A DNA stretch of 64,000 nucleotides, from positions 23,128,001 to 23,192,000 of the forward strand of contig CM075987.1 in assembly GCA_038087875.1 (NCBI GenBank), in the 5' to 3' direction. Every line of letters starts with the position of its first letter. Position 1 is the first letter of the stretch. Position numbers and translations under genes: made by a program. This stretch comes from Malacoraja senta. Its lineage: Eukaryota. Of this stretch, positions 49,919 to 61,365 are shown one piece after another. The notes under the pieces are model-generated. The model worked only from the letters and a program-made list of their open reading frames with translations. It ran no database searches and had not been told where the DNA came from.

Positions 49919-50118
49919 NNNNNNNNNNNNNNNNNNNNNNNNNNNNNNNNNNNNNNNNNNNNNNNNNNNNNNNNNNNNNNNNNNNNNNNNNNNNNNNNNN
50001 NNNNNNNNNNNNNNNNNNNNNNNNNNNNNNNNNNNNNNNNNNNNNNNNNNNNNNNNNNNNNNNNNNNNNNNNNNNNNNNNNNNNNNNNNNNNNNNNNNNN
50101 NNNNNNNNNNNNNNNNNN
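49919..50118. other. Assembly gap (200 N)
   Basis: Run of N. Confidence 1.
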
Positions 50119-50398
50119 GGTCGGGGTTGGAGGCCGGGGTCGGGGTTCGAGGCCAGGGTCGGGGTTGGGGTTGGAGGCCAGGGTCGGGGTTGGAGGCCAG
50201 GGGTCGGGGTTGGAGGTCAGGGGTCGGGGTTGGAGGCCAGGGTCGGGGTTGGAGGCCAGGGTCGGGGTTGGAGGCCAGGGGTCGGGGTTGGAGGCCAGGG
50301 GTCGGGGTTGGAGGTCGGGGGTCGGGGTTGGAGGCCAGGGTCAGGTTGGAGGCCAGGGTCGGGGTTGGAGGCCAGGGGTCGGGTTTGGAGGTCAGGGG
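50119..50398 (+). repeat. G-rich 20-21-bp minisatellite (ggggtcggggttggaggcca) running into the gap
   Basis: Directly visible. Confidence 0.95.
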
Positions 50399-52139
50399 TA
50401 TCGCAGCATCTGCCCGTGTGTAACATTCAGCAGCTTTAGGTCTCCCAAGCCGAGGTTTATAAATTTTAATGTGGCCGGCTCGATCTTCAAAGAATCCGGC
50501 GGAAAAAACGCTCGTTCGGCAGCTGTCGAGGCAATGTGTTTCCATGGTGACAATTTGCATTCTGTCAAATTCTCCAGTTAATGGGAAAAGATGAATGGGA
50601 GAGAGACGGAGAGAAGGGGGAGAGAGGGAGGAGGGAGAGAGTGAGAGAGAGAGAGAGAGAGAGAGATGGGAAGGAGGGAGGAAGAGAAGGAGAAAGAAGG
50701 AGGGAGGGAGAGAGGACGGGTGAGATGGTGGAGAGAGATAGAGAGGGAGAGAGAAAGGATGTGGAAGGAGGGGGAGGGAAAGAGATGGAGAAGAAGGGAG
50801 GGGAGAGAGGGAAGAAGAGAGGGTGAGGAATTCAGAGGGTGGAGGGAGGGATGCTGGATAAAACTCAGCGGGTGAGGCAGCATCTATGGAGCGAAGGAAT
50901 AGGCGAAGGAATTTTGTGTCGAGGCCCTTCTTCAGACTGAACGTCGCCTATTCCTTCTCTCCATGGATGCTGCCTCACCCACTGAGTTTTCTCCAGCATT
51001 TTGTCTACTATCCATGTAACTGTCTGTTTCTTAAACGTTGGGATAGTCCCTGCCTCATCTACCTCCTCTGCCTCATCTACCTCCTTCTTAAGGAATGTGA
51101 AAATGACAAGGAATGAGGAAATGGAGAGACAGTATAGAGAGAGAGAGAGAGAGAGAGAGTGTGTGAGGATAGTGGATGGAAATGAGGAAAAAGTGAGGGA
51201 GAGTCTGGATGAAAGTGAGACAGATAAAGCTGGCGAGGGAGGAAGATAAAGGGAGAGTGAAAGATTAAAAAGAATTAAAGACCGAAGGGAATGAGAGGAA
51301 AAGGACAGCAACAGAGTTAGCAGTGAGTTGAGAGCGAGAGATACGGAGAGAGTGTTGTAGGAAATGAGCTCCACTTGACTGGGATTCAGATCTTCCACTA
51401 AAACTCCATGGATTTCTCCACGGAGGGAAAATGAGGCTAAAATTACCGGCAGGTTGTGAACGTGATAAAGAGAGGAAAGGCAGAGGTGGAGGAACAGACA
51501 AAGAGAGAGACAGGCAGCGGCACATCCTCAGGGATATGTGTTCGGTTTAATTTAATCCGGGAGTGATTTACATTGATAGTTAATTTAATATCACTTTGGC
51601 AATTTAAAATGTGGAGGATTTGGCAATCGTCTCATGAGCATCGGAAAGATTGGACCTCGGATGGCAGATTTGGCTTTATCCATCGCTGGAGAAAACTGCG
51701 TTCAGTGCCACGATGAACGAAGGATGCACGGGGAGAGTGTTTAAAAGGCAACCACTCACACACACTTGTACCGCTCCACCCAAGGATACAGTGGAGATTT
51801 GCGAGGATGATGCCAGGACTAGAGGGGCTGAGCTACAGGGAGAGGTTGCGTCGGCTGGGACTCTATTCCTTGGAGCACAGGGGGATGAGGGGTGATCTTA
51901 TAGAGGTGTACAGAATCATGAGAGGAATAGATCGGGTAGATACACATAGTCTCTTGCCCAGAGTAGGTGAATCGAGGACAAGAGGACATAGGTTTACGGT
52001 GAAGGGGAAAAGATTTAATAGGAATCTGCAGGGTAACTTTTTAACACAAAAGGTGGTGGGGGTATGGAATAAGTTGCCAGAGGAGGTAGTTGAGGCAGGG
52101 ACTATCCCAACGTTAAGAAACAGACAGGTACATGGATAG

Positions 52140-52561
52140 TAGACAAAAATGCTGGATAAAACTCAGCGGGTGAGGTAGCATCTATGGAGAGAAGGAATAG
52201 GCGACGTTCAGTCTGAAGAAGGGCCTCGACACAAAATTCCTTCGCCTATTCCTTCGCTCCATAGATGCTGCCTCACCCGCTGAGTTTCTCTCCGGCAATT
52301 TTGTCTACCTTCGAATTTTTCCCGGCATCTGCAGTGTAAAGAGGCGTCATAACACACTGTGTCTTTACTACTGTTTATTCATGATACACCTACTTTACTG
52401 CCCTAGCTGTTCGTGGTCTGTCACCGGAACCACAGAGAGCGAGCACTGGGTTGGGAAGGTTGTAATTCTACTAGTGATGCGGGGAGTGGTTAGTAGTGGT
52501 GAGGTCACTATGTTAAAGGTACATGCACATGTCATCTACATGCAGTTCCTTCTTAAACACA
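52140..52561. mobile_element. Fold-back Penelope-like terminal element inside CR1
   Basis: Inverted arms at about 52140-52205 and 52242-52308. The end gcatctgcag|ttccttcttaaacac is split by a solo LTR. Confidence 0.85.
52335..52540 (-). mobile_element. Solo LTR, 206 bp
   Basis: TGTA...TACA termini, 5-bp TSD tgcag at 52330-52334 and 52541-52545, and AATAAA on the minus strand at 52374-52379. Confidence 0.8.
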
Positions 52562-52877
52562 ACAGGTACATGGATAGGACAGGTTTGGAGTGATAAGGGC
52601 CAAATGTGGGCAGGTGGGACTAGTGTAGCTGGGACATGTTGGCCGGCGTCAGCAAGTTGTGCCGAAGGGCCTCCTGTTTCCAGGCTGTTTATACTCTAAG
52701 TGTCTCTATTTTACCTGTTGTCGGCTGTGGATATAGGGAGTAGTTCACCACCGCTGGTACTCCAGCGATGGACTCATTAGTGTGAATACATGCACAGTAA
52801 AACTAACAGAGAACAGTGTCTTCCTGTCTGGCACACAATGGCACGGGGAGCAATTCACTCTATCCGGCACTGTCCAC

Positions 52878-53185
52878 TTTGATTGATTGACTGAAAGATA
52901 CAGCTTGGAAAACAGGCCCTCGGCCCACCGAGTCCATGCCGACCATCGATTACCCGGCCACACTGGTTCTACATTGTGCCACTTTCCCATCCACTCTCTC
53001 CACACGGCGGCCAATTTTACAGAGGGCCAATTAACCTACAAGCCCGCACGTCTTCGCGATGTGTTTGGAAGCCAGAGCACCCAGATGAAACCAGAGGTAG
53101 AACGTGCAAACTCCACACAGTCAGCATCCAAGGTCAGGATCAACCCCGCGTCCCTGGCGCTGTCAGGCAGCAGCTCTACCAGCTG
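52878..53185 (-). mobile_element. HE1-like V-SINE
   Basis: Antisense head, body and ggaaaacaggccctcggcccacc tail. Confidence 0.85.
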
Positions 53186-53741
53186 TAGCTTCAGAGGGTC
53201 CATAAATGCAATACCAGATGTATAATAATAAAAAAATCACTAAGCTGCTCTGCATTTTACTGGGTCACCCTGATCCAGTCTGTTGTGCAATCAAAGATGG
53301 ATTCCTCTCGGTGGCTCCAACTGCTGCTCAGTTGAATGACGGGCAAGTTGAGAAGAGCTGATAGAACAGTTCTGAGAGAGAGATAGCGGTGGAAAGGATG
53401 GCTTATGCTGATGCTGCTTTCCCTTCGTATCTCAGTCAAGAATGTGTTGGGAAATCGTGGCCAGATAATATGGCAAAATAATTCTTGCCTTGAAGGGATT
53501 GAATCTTTTCTGGTGCAAGGAGCAACGCTCGCCTTGAGCACTCGGCAAAGCCAGAGCACCGGCCGTGTGTCCCTTCCGGCCAATATCCCTCGTCTGGTGC
53601 GAGGAGGCTGCGCCGTGTGCCGAGTTGGTTGGCAAATTCAGCATTGAGTATGAGGCCTAGAGAGAGGGCTGGACTGGGCGTTGTTGGGTCCATACAGTGC
53701 AGGTCATTTAACCAGAGTAGATAGATAGGAATAAGGAGTAG

Positions 53742-54043
53742 ATAGGGTGGCGCAGAGGTAGAGCTGCTGCCTTACAGCGCCTGACACCCGGGTTCGACCC
53801 CGACCACAGGTGCTGGCTGTACGGACTTTGTACGTTCTCCCTGTGACTGCGTGGGTTTTCCCCGGTTTCCCCCCACACCCCAAAGACATGCGGGTTTGTA
53901 TGTTAATTGGCTTCAGTAAGGTTGTCAACTGTCCCTAGTGTGTGTAGGATAGAAGTAGTGTACGGGGTGATCGCTGGTCGGAATAGACTCGGTGGGCCGA
54001 AGGGCCTGTTTCCAGGCTGTATGTCTAAAGTTCACAGTCTAAA
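53742..54043 (+). mobile_element. HE1-like V-SINE, full length
   Basis: ggtggcgcagaggtagagctgctgcc...gggttcgacc...ggtgggccgaagggcctgtttcc. Confidence 0.9.
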
Positions 54044-54774
54044 GCCAATGCTGCATTTTAACTCCTTAGTTTGATCTTTCTAGGCTTGGTGAAAGTGGTA
54101 AAATTCTCAAACTAAGCATTAAAAGAAAAACCTCAGGACAGTTGAAAAGTGACTTTTATGTGCAGTAATCCGACGTCGGTCTGGAACCATCCCAGGGATT
54201 AGTTGCGAAGTCTCAGTATGTTTGATAACCTCTCCGCATTTAGTGGTTAATGAACCAGTTCAAAGTAATTGAAAATCAACTCGACAAAAAGTACACAGCT
54301 CCTCGAGCTGAAAACCTGCCTGATTTACAGGATGCGGGAGCAGGCAATGAGCCAATCGGCTGGGAACGAAGGTAGGTAGAGGGGGAGTCTCCGGGCATTT
54401 TCAGCTGGCATTTTTTTTATCTCCCTTCTCTACATTGTCACAACCCATCAGCTCGGCCCTGGACAATGGCTCAGTTAGGTGGCTTGAGTAAACGTTACGG
54501 CTCATCTCGTGAGCAATTACACCGTCTCAAGGCCCCAGCAGTGATCAGAATTTAATTCACATTTCAAAGAAACGCTACGAGGCAAGATTATTAATTTGTC
54601 ACGCAGATTTTACTGGTGGTCGCGAGGTGAAGGGACCTTTCATCCCTTCCTATCGGATGTCACAGTCAGTTGCTCAGCCCCTTCCTTAAGCTGTGATGTC
54701 ATTCAGCGCAGGAACAAGAGCATCCATCCATCACTAGCCCATGCCAACCTACAAGTGCCCATACGGTGGGACGT

Positions 54775-55018
54775 AAGACCATAAGATCATAACATATAGG
54801 AACAGAATTAGGCCATTTGGCCCATCAAGTCTATTCTGCCTTTCCATCATGGCTGATCATTTTTCCCATTCTCCTGCCTTTACTCCATAACCTTTGACGC
54901 TCTGATTAATCAAGAACCAGTCAATTTCTACTTTAAAAAAAATACCCAATGACTTGGCCTCCACAGCCACAGATTCACCACCCTCTGGCTAAATAAATTC
55001 CTCCTCATCTCCATTCTA
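54775..55018 (-). mobile_element. CR1 3' tail
   Basis: gaattaggccatttggcccatcaag...cagattcaccaccctctgg. Confidence 0.8.
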
Positions 55019-55330
55019 AAACCCCTGTCTCACGGTGCGAGCTGACCCACGAGGTACCCCGAGCTTAAAGCAAATTTAACTCGTGGTAATCACGTACGAT
55101 TAACGTAGCGGGAACGTCGGAACTCGTGGACGCAACTTAGCGACTCTTGGCGCTAACGGCAGGTACCCGTGAAACTTGTTAACCCATGGAAAAATTCAAC
55201 CATGTTTAAAGTATTCCACGAGTAAAATGTACTCTTGAGATTAAAAATTGAAACATTTAAACATGTTGTAAGAACGCAGTGGCCCGTGCGTTTACCTTAG
55301 TGACTCGTGAGTCTACCGTGGGAACTCTTG
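55019..55330. mobile_element. Probable Harbinger-type MITE, right end disrupted
   Basis: Begins aacccctgtctcac, similar to the TIR at 58734, with internal acgag/ctcgt subrepeats. A Penelope piece follows at about 55331-55375. Confidence 0.4.
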
Positions 55331-55384
55331 AACTCAGCGGGCAGGCAGCATCTCTGGAGAGAAGGAATGGGTGATGGGATGACA

Positions 55385-56225
55385 TTTCCAAATTGAGGGG
55401 GGGGGGAAGGAGGGAGGGGGGGGTGGAGGAGAGAGGGTGGAGAGTGGAGGGAGAGGAGGGGGAGACAGATGGGGGTGTCTTCATTCACTAGCGGTGGGTG
55501 CCGGTCACTGAAACAGGCAGGTGAGATTTCACATCCACCTTGTGTGTGTGTGTCTCTCTCTCCCTCCCTCCCTCTCACACAGGCTGAGAGACTCTGCCTC
55601 TGTGAGTGTACGTCTCTTTCTCCCCCTCTCCCACACACAGTAAGACCGAGGTAAGTCCATCTGTGTAAGTCCATCTGTGTCTCCCACATACACAATAAAA
55701 CTCTGCTTTGTGTATGTATATACGTCTCCCCCCATTTCTCTCTTTCTCCCCCCCCACCTCTCTCTTTCTCCCCCCACACACAATAAGACCGATGTATTCT
55801 GCTTAGTCTCTCTTCCCTCCCACACACACACACAGATAGACCGAGGTCCTGTGCGCTCTTTCTCTCTCCCCCACAGTCACGCCGAAGTACACCGCACTGC
55901 CTCTGTGCCTCTCTCTCTCTGTCTCTCTCCCCCTCTCTCCTTCATACACAGTCAGAGGTCCACACTGTCTCTGTGTCTCTCTCTCCCCTACACACACACA
56001 CACAGACTGAGGTACACACTGCCCGTTGTGTTTGTGTGTCTGCCTCTGTCTCTCTCTCCCACACACACAGTTAAAGGTACTCCACGCTGCCTGTGTGTGT
56101 GTGTGTGTGTCTCTCTCTCTCTCTCTCTGTCCCACCCCCCACACCCACACACAGTCAGAGGAACTCCACTGTGTGTGTGTGTGTGTGTGTGTGCGCCTCT
56201 GTCTCTCCCTATCACAGTCAGAGTG
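55385..56225 (+). repeat. Compound GA/CT/CA/GT low-complexity region with a recurring cacacacagt.agaggt unit
   Basis: Directly visible; lies immediately 5' of the candidate first exon. Confidence 0.85.
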
Positions 56226-56407
56226 AGGTACTCCCCCCGCAGTCTCTCCGCGGCCTCTCCCCGGGCAGGGTGCATCTGCCTCAGGCTGCCCAGGCAGTCA
56301 GACACGACTCTGGTGGCGGGCTCCATGCACAGCTCCTGCCGGCCGGCTGGGAGCGGCGACGGAGGACAGGGGGAAGTTGGCCACCAGCGGGGCAGTCTCG
56401 GCTCTCC

Positions 56408-56459
56408 ATGCAGTCCGAGTCTCGCTGGATCCTCGTAATCCTCTGCCTCTGTCAAATTG
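56408..56459 (+). CDS. Candidate first coding exon (signal peptide) of a secreted or cell-surface protein, tentatively KIRREL1/NEPH1-like
   Basis: Encodes MQSESRWILVILCLCQI plus 1 nt, then the donor G|gtgagt (52 nt, phase 1), after a CpG-rich leader. M1, S3 and W7-I8-L9 match the human KIRREL1 N-terminus as recalled (MLSLLVWILTLSDTFSQG). No convincing next exon lies in the window, consistent with a long first intron. Confidence 0.5.
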
Positions 56460-56751
56460 GTGAGTTTAACCTGACCCTCCCCCCCCAACCTCCCTCCACC
56501 TCAACTCACGCCTGGGCACCAAAGCAGCTCAGGAGGCGAACCCTGAGCTCCGTCTCCCAACAATCTGATGTGCGCATCCGTCCACATTCAAAGATTTCAT
56601 CTCCAGTCTCCCCGCAGTGTGTAGACCTGGCAGTAAATTCAATTAAAATATAGCAAACCTCCGCCTGCTGGTCTTCTAACTACGTGATGTGTGTTTATAC
56701 CATCTCTCACTGCGATCTCATCAACCCCTTTCCCTCACATCCTGTAACCTG

Positions 56752-57380
56752 GATGGTGGCACAGTGGCGCTGAGGTCGAGCTACTGCCTCACAGCGCCAG
56801 AGACAATAGACAATAGACAATAGGAGCAGGAGTAGGCCATTCGGCCCTTCGAACCAGCACCGCCATTCAATGTGATCATGGCTGATCATCCCCAATCAGT
56901 ACCCCGTTCCTGCCTTCTCCCCATATCCCCTGACTCCGCTATTTTTAAGACCCCTATCTAGCTCTCTCTTGAAAGCATCCAGAGAACCTGCCTCCACCGC
57001 CCTCTGAGGCAGAGAATTCCACAGACTCACCACTCTCTGTGAGAAAAAGTGTTTCCTCGTCTCCGTTCTAAATGCCTTACTCCTTATTCTTAAACTGTGG
57101 CCCCTGGTTCTGGACTCCCCCAACATCGGGAACATGTTTCCTGCCTCTAGCGTGTCCAAGCCCTTAACAATCTTATATGTTTCAATGAGATACCCTCTCA
57201 TCCTTCTAAACTCCAGAGTGTACAAGCCCAGCTGCTCCGGGTTCGATCCTGACTACGGCTGCTGTCTGTACGGAGTTTGTACGTTCTCGCCGTGACCTGC
57301 GTAGGTTTTCTCCGGTTGAGGTCGGGGTTGAGGCTGGGACCCTGGTGCTGTGAGGCATCTGCACTATCTGCCGCGCCACT
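56752..57380. mobile_element. HE1-like SINE (+) split by a young CR1 (-; 56801-57233)
   Basis: The SINE head ends ...cagcgccagaga and resumes ccgggttcgatcctgactacgg at about 57237. The CR1 ORF 56896-57225 has a (caataga)n tail. Confidence 0.9.
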
Positions 57381-58064
57381 GTCTCGTCCGTTCGATCCTT
57401 TTCGCAAGTTTGCCTTTACAAACTCGAAGCACGCAGCTTGTGACTGAATTTCCGACAACTCAAAAGCTCTTCATCAGTGGTGTGGGAGGCTGGAGTCTCC
57501 TGAGCCGGTAAAAATACTTTATAAAGGCAAAAACTTAAAAAAATAGATGATTGAGGAAAGGACTCTGGCCACCTCCTGGTGAATTTAATCTCCCTAATGC
57601 TTTTATTTTGTTTCTGCAGTTTCAAAGAATTAAATGGATTCTTTGAAGACTTAATCCATTGCTGATTAAAGAGTACATTCACTTTCCAATGAACCCAAGC
57701 AATCAATGCATGCTTGATTATCTCACTCTGAAGCAATCTTTCACTCAGTGACTGCTCCTTTTCCCACACCGATGCTCACACTGGCGTTGGCCGTCGTTCA
57801 ATATCCGACTGCAATGAATGGCTGACGATCCCATCGGATGCCATGAAGACAACTTGAAGCAGTTGCTGCTTCTGCACCGGCTGCCACCGTGGTGAAAATA
57901 CGAGCCCTTGGGTATTGAGCTCCAGTCGTGTGTCCAGCATTCAATCTGCTACCTTATTCTGAACTGAGACAGAAGAGCAATCCATCTTCTGCCTTCAGCC
58001 TCCCATCACTGGGCATAAAACTTCTCCCTGCTGAGTGAAGCAACAGAAATGCTGGAAGAACTCG

Positions 58065-58472
58065 GGCCAGCACGGTGGCGCGGCACCAGACTTGCCGCCT
58101 CACAGCTCCAGAGTCCCGGGTTCGATCCTGACCACGGGTGCTGTCTGTATGAAGTTTGTACGTTCTCCTCGTGATCTGCGGGGGCTTTCACCGGGTGCTC
58201 CCGTTTCGTCCCACACTCTCCAAAGACGTGCAGGTTCATCGGCTATTTGGCTTGGTAAAGTGTTTAAGAAGGAACTGCTTAAGGGTTTCGGCCTGAAACG
58301 TTGCCTATTTCCTTCGCTCCATGGATGTGGCTTGGTAAAGTAGTAAATTGTCCCTCGTGTGTGTGTGTGTGTGTGTGTGTGGGGGATAGTGTTAATATGT
58401 GGGGATCGCTGGTCAGCACGGACTCGGCGGGCTGAAGGGCCTGTTTCCACGCTGTATCTCTAAACTAAATTA
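58065..58472 (+). mobile_element. HE1-like SINE with a Penelope terminal fragment inserted (58262-58327)
   Basis: 14-bp TSD tggcttggtaaagt at 58248-58261 and 58328-58341. Confidence 0.88.
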
Positions 58473-58733
58473 AAACATCTCAGCCAGAGCCCCAGCAATT
58501 CTTTTCACTCTCACAACAGCCTGGGATAAATCCCGGCCCTGGCGGCGGCCATCTTGAAGCCCTACTCTGTATTTATGAATGCCTGCACTAGACTTTCACC
58601 TACTCCTTCATTGAACTGTACAACTTGGAACTGTTTTCTTTACGAATACTGATGATAACTATTCATTTAGGATCTTTTGGCTCCAGGCACAGATTGTCCG
58701 TTACCTCCAATTTCCCCATTGTTTCCTGAGTTA

Positions 58734-58960
58734 AGGGCCTGTCCCATTTTCATGACCTAATTCACTTCCTTTTTTACTCCTGGACATTTTTCATCATGCT
58801 AGAAAAACGCCCCGACCTCCTTGATGCCACGAGTACCTACGACTAGCATCACGGCCTGCTACGACCTACCTACGACCTCGTGACGGCCATGCTGCGAGTA
58901 TGAGTCAAGGGCAAACCCGGCAGAGGTCGCGAATTAGGTCGTGAAAGTGGGACAGGCCCT
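58734..58960. mobile_element. PIF/Harbinger-type MITE, 227 bp
   Basis: About 32-bp TIRs agggcctgtccca[t/c]tttca[t/c]gacctaattc. TTA TSD at 58731-58733 and 58961-58963. Confidence 0.88.
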
Positions 58961-59267
58961 TTATTCTTACCCCTTACTATACTAGACTCAACTCATTCCA
59001 TCCCCCAACTCTCCCAGATCGCTCCTTCCACTCATCTTGTTTTCAGAACGATTTTAAAAAGTTATTTTCATTAAAGTTAGACATAAAGATTTTGTGCTAA
59101 ATTGCAATGGATTCCTCCCAGGATCAATACCATAAACCAGCTCCAAGCTCTCTGGTTGATCTGCTTATTTACTTTCGTTTGGTTGAGTGATACAGCATGG
59201 AAACAGGCCCTTCGGCCCATCAAATCTATCGCTGCGCCACCGTGCCGTTTATATTACAAATGGTGAT

Positions 59268-60143
59268 CCCATGATGGCTTTGTGGGCGGCGCGACTCTCG
59301 TTTGCAGCGGCCTCTGCAGTCCGTCTGTCTTTTTATTATTTTTGTCTCGTTTTTATGTAGTTTTTTATTATTTTTTTTGTCGGGGTATGTGTGTGGGGGG
59401 GGGGGGTGGGGGTGGGGGTGGGGGGGGAAACTTTGAAATCTTTCCCCTGCACGGGAGACCCGACCTTTCTTTGTCGGGTCTCCGTTGTCGTTGAGGCTGG
59501 GCAACGTGGAGCGGCCTCCAGCAGGAACGACCTGGGGCTCCAGTTGCGGAGCTGCGGACTACTCACCGTCGCGGGGCTGGCCGAGTCCGGAGCGGGTGGA
59601 GCTGTGGTGGAGACAAGCGCTGCTGCGACCCGACCGCCGGAGATTCGGAGGCTACAACCGCGGGTCTGGCGGACGGCAACACCGGAAGCCCGCGGGTCCC
59701 CTGGTGGGAGACCGCTTTTCGGGGCTTCCGCAGCGGCGACTTCTCCCGCCCGAGTTGCGGGGTTGAAGAGCACCTGGAGCGGGGCTTTATCCCCCCGCGC
59801 GGCTTGGAATGGCCGCCGAACTTTGCGGGCGCGCGCCGGGGCTCTAACACCAAGACCCGGTGCGCGACCTTGCATCACCCGGCGTGGCTTTAATGGCCGC
59901 GGGATAATCACCATCGCCCGCCGGGGGCTTTGACTTTGACTCTGACATCGGGGGGGGGGGAGTGCAGTGGAGAGATACGTTTTTTTGCCTTCCATCACAG
60001 CGTTGTGATGGATGTATGTGTAAATTGTGTTGTGTCTCGGGTCTTCTTCGTTTTGTATTGTATGGCTGCAGAAACGACATTCCGTTTGGACCTCAAGGGG
60101 TCCAAATGACAAATTTGTCCAAAAGACAAATAAATTGAATTGA
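59268..60143 (+). mobile_element. Long CpG-rich non-coding element with Rex1-type tail
   Basis: 5' atggctttgtgggcggcgcg...gtctgtcttttt; 3' gccttccatcacagcg (reverse complement of the motif in 42755-43335); hairpin tttggacc-tcaagg-ggtccaaa, then aaataaattgaattga. Confidence 0.7.
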
Positions 60144-60179
60144 AAAAGTCACCAGAAGAACCCAACAATGATCACCTTC

Positions 60180-60460
60180 TTACTTTAGACTTTAGAGATA
60201 TGGCTTGGAAACAGGCCCTTCGGCCCACTGAGTGCATGCTGACCGGCCTGTACACTAACACTGCCCTACACACTAGGGACAAACTACAATTTTACCAAAG
60301 TCAATTAACTTATAAACCTGAACGTCTTTGGAGTGTGGGAGGAAACCGGAGCTCCCGGAGAAACCCACGTGGTCACGGGGAGAATGTAGAGACTCTGTGA
60401 AGACAACCCCTGCAGTCAGGATCGAACCCAGGTCTCTGGCGCTATTCGGCAGCAACTCCA
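60180..60460 (-). mobile_element. HE1-like V-SINE
   Basis: Antisense V-domain ctttggagtgtgggaggaaaccgg and tail. Confidence 0.88.
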
Positions 60461-61090
60461 GATCATGGTTGTGCCATCCTGATCTGGACAGGTCCCGACA
60501 ATTTAACCTAATGGAATGAGTGAAGAAATCCTCTTGGTGTCCACTCTCCGTATCACAATCTTACAGTTTCTTTCACTCTGCCCTGCTCAGTAAATTCGTC
60601 TCCTCCGAGGATTTTTACGCCCACCTGAGAAATGAGGGGGAAAATGATATTGATGTTGAAAGCGAAGAACATGAATCATATTGATGCATGCAGCAAGCAG
60701 GTTGAGATGGCAGCTCTTATTTTATAGCATTGGATCAGGATAACTGTCCGAGCCTTTGGCCTTATTTATGTGTTACACCTGCACATTCACAATTTCTGGT
60801 GGAGTTCTGAAACCGAGCTCTGGGCTCTATCGAGAAGCGATGTTTGGACCTGGTGACTGTGTCTGGCCAGTGAGCTGAGGCAGGGGGTGGGTGGCACCAA
60901 CGTATGTCCGGTGCCACGCTCTCTGCGGTGAGAGCGGTTCGCCAGCCTTCAGTGATGCCAGGCCATGAGGACAACAGGGGTACACTCGTGGAGCGCAGGT
61001 GGCCCTGCTCCTGCCCAGCACCTTATCACCTCTCAGCCTCTCCGCTGTATAAAGATTCACAAAGTTGCCACGTTTCAGAAACATTGTAAA

Positions 61091-61365
61091 GGGGCGGCAC
61101 GGTGGCAGAGTTGCTGCCTCACCGCGCCAGAAACCCGGGTTCGATCCTAACTACCGGTGCTGCCTGTACGGAGTTTGCACGTTCTCCCTGTGACCCGTGT
61201 GGGTTTCCTCCGGCTCGTCTGGTTTCCTCCCACACTCTAAAGCCAGACAGACCTGCAGGCTAATTGGCTTCGGTAAAATTGTCAATTGTCCGTAATCGGA
61301 TAGTGCTAGTGATCGCTGGACGGCATGGACTGAGTGGGCCGAAGGGCCTGTATCTCTCTCTAAAC
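61091..61365 (+). mobile_element. HE1-like V-SINE
   Basis: ggggcggcacggtggc head, gggttcgatcc B box and V-domain. Confidence 0.88.

Larger units (their letters stand above)
51785..52700 (+). mobile_element. CR1 (HER1-like) 3' end hosting nested insertions
   Basis: Encodes MMPGLEGLSYRERL..GVWNKLPEEVVEAG. Resumes at 52562 after a 16-bp duplication, acaggtacatggatag (52124-52139 and 52562-52577). Confidence 0.9.

Noticed and set aside
49913..50581. ORFs across and next to the gap
   Set aside because: Artefacts of the N run and the G-rich minisatellite.
55988..56488. Minus-strand ORF EAEDYEDPARL...
   Set aside because: It is the antisense of the GC-rich leader and runs into CA/GT repeats. The plus-strand signal-peptide exon is better supported.
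59336..60112. 258-aa and 180-aa ORFs in a CpG-island-like block
   Set aside because: The GC-rich interior of a dispersed repeat lacks stops by composition, and no domain is recognisable.
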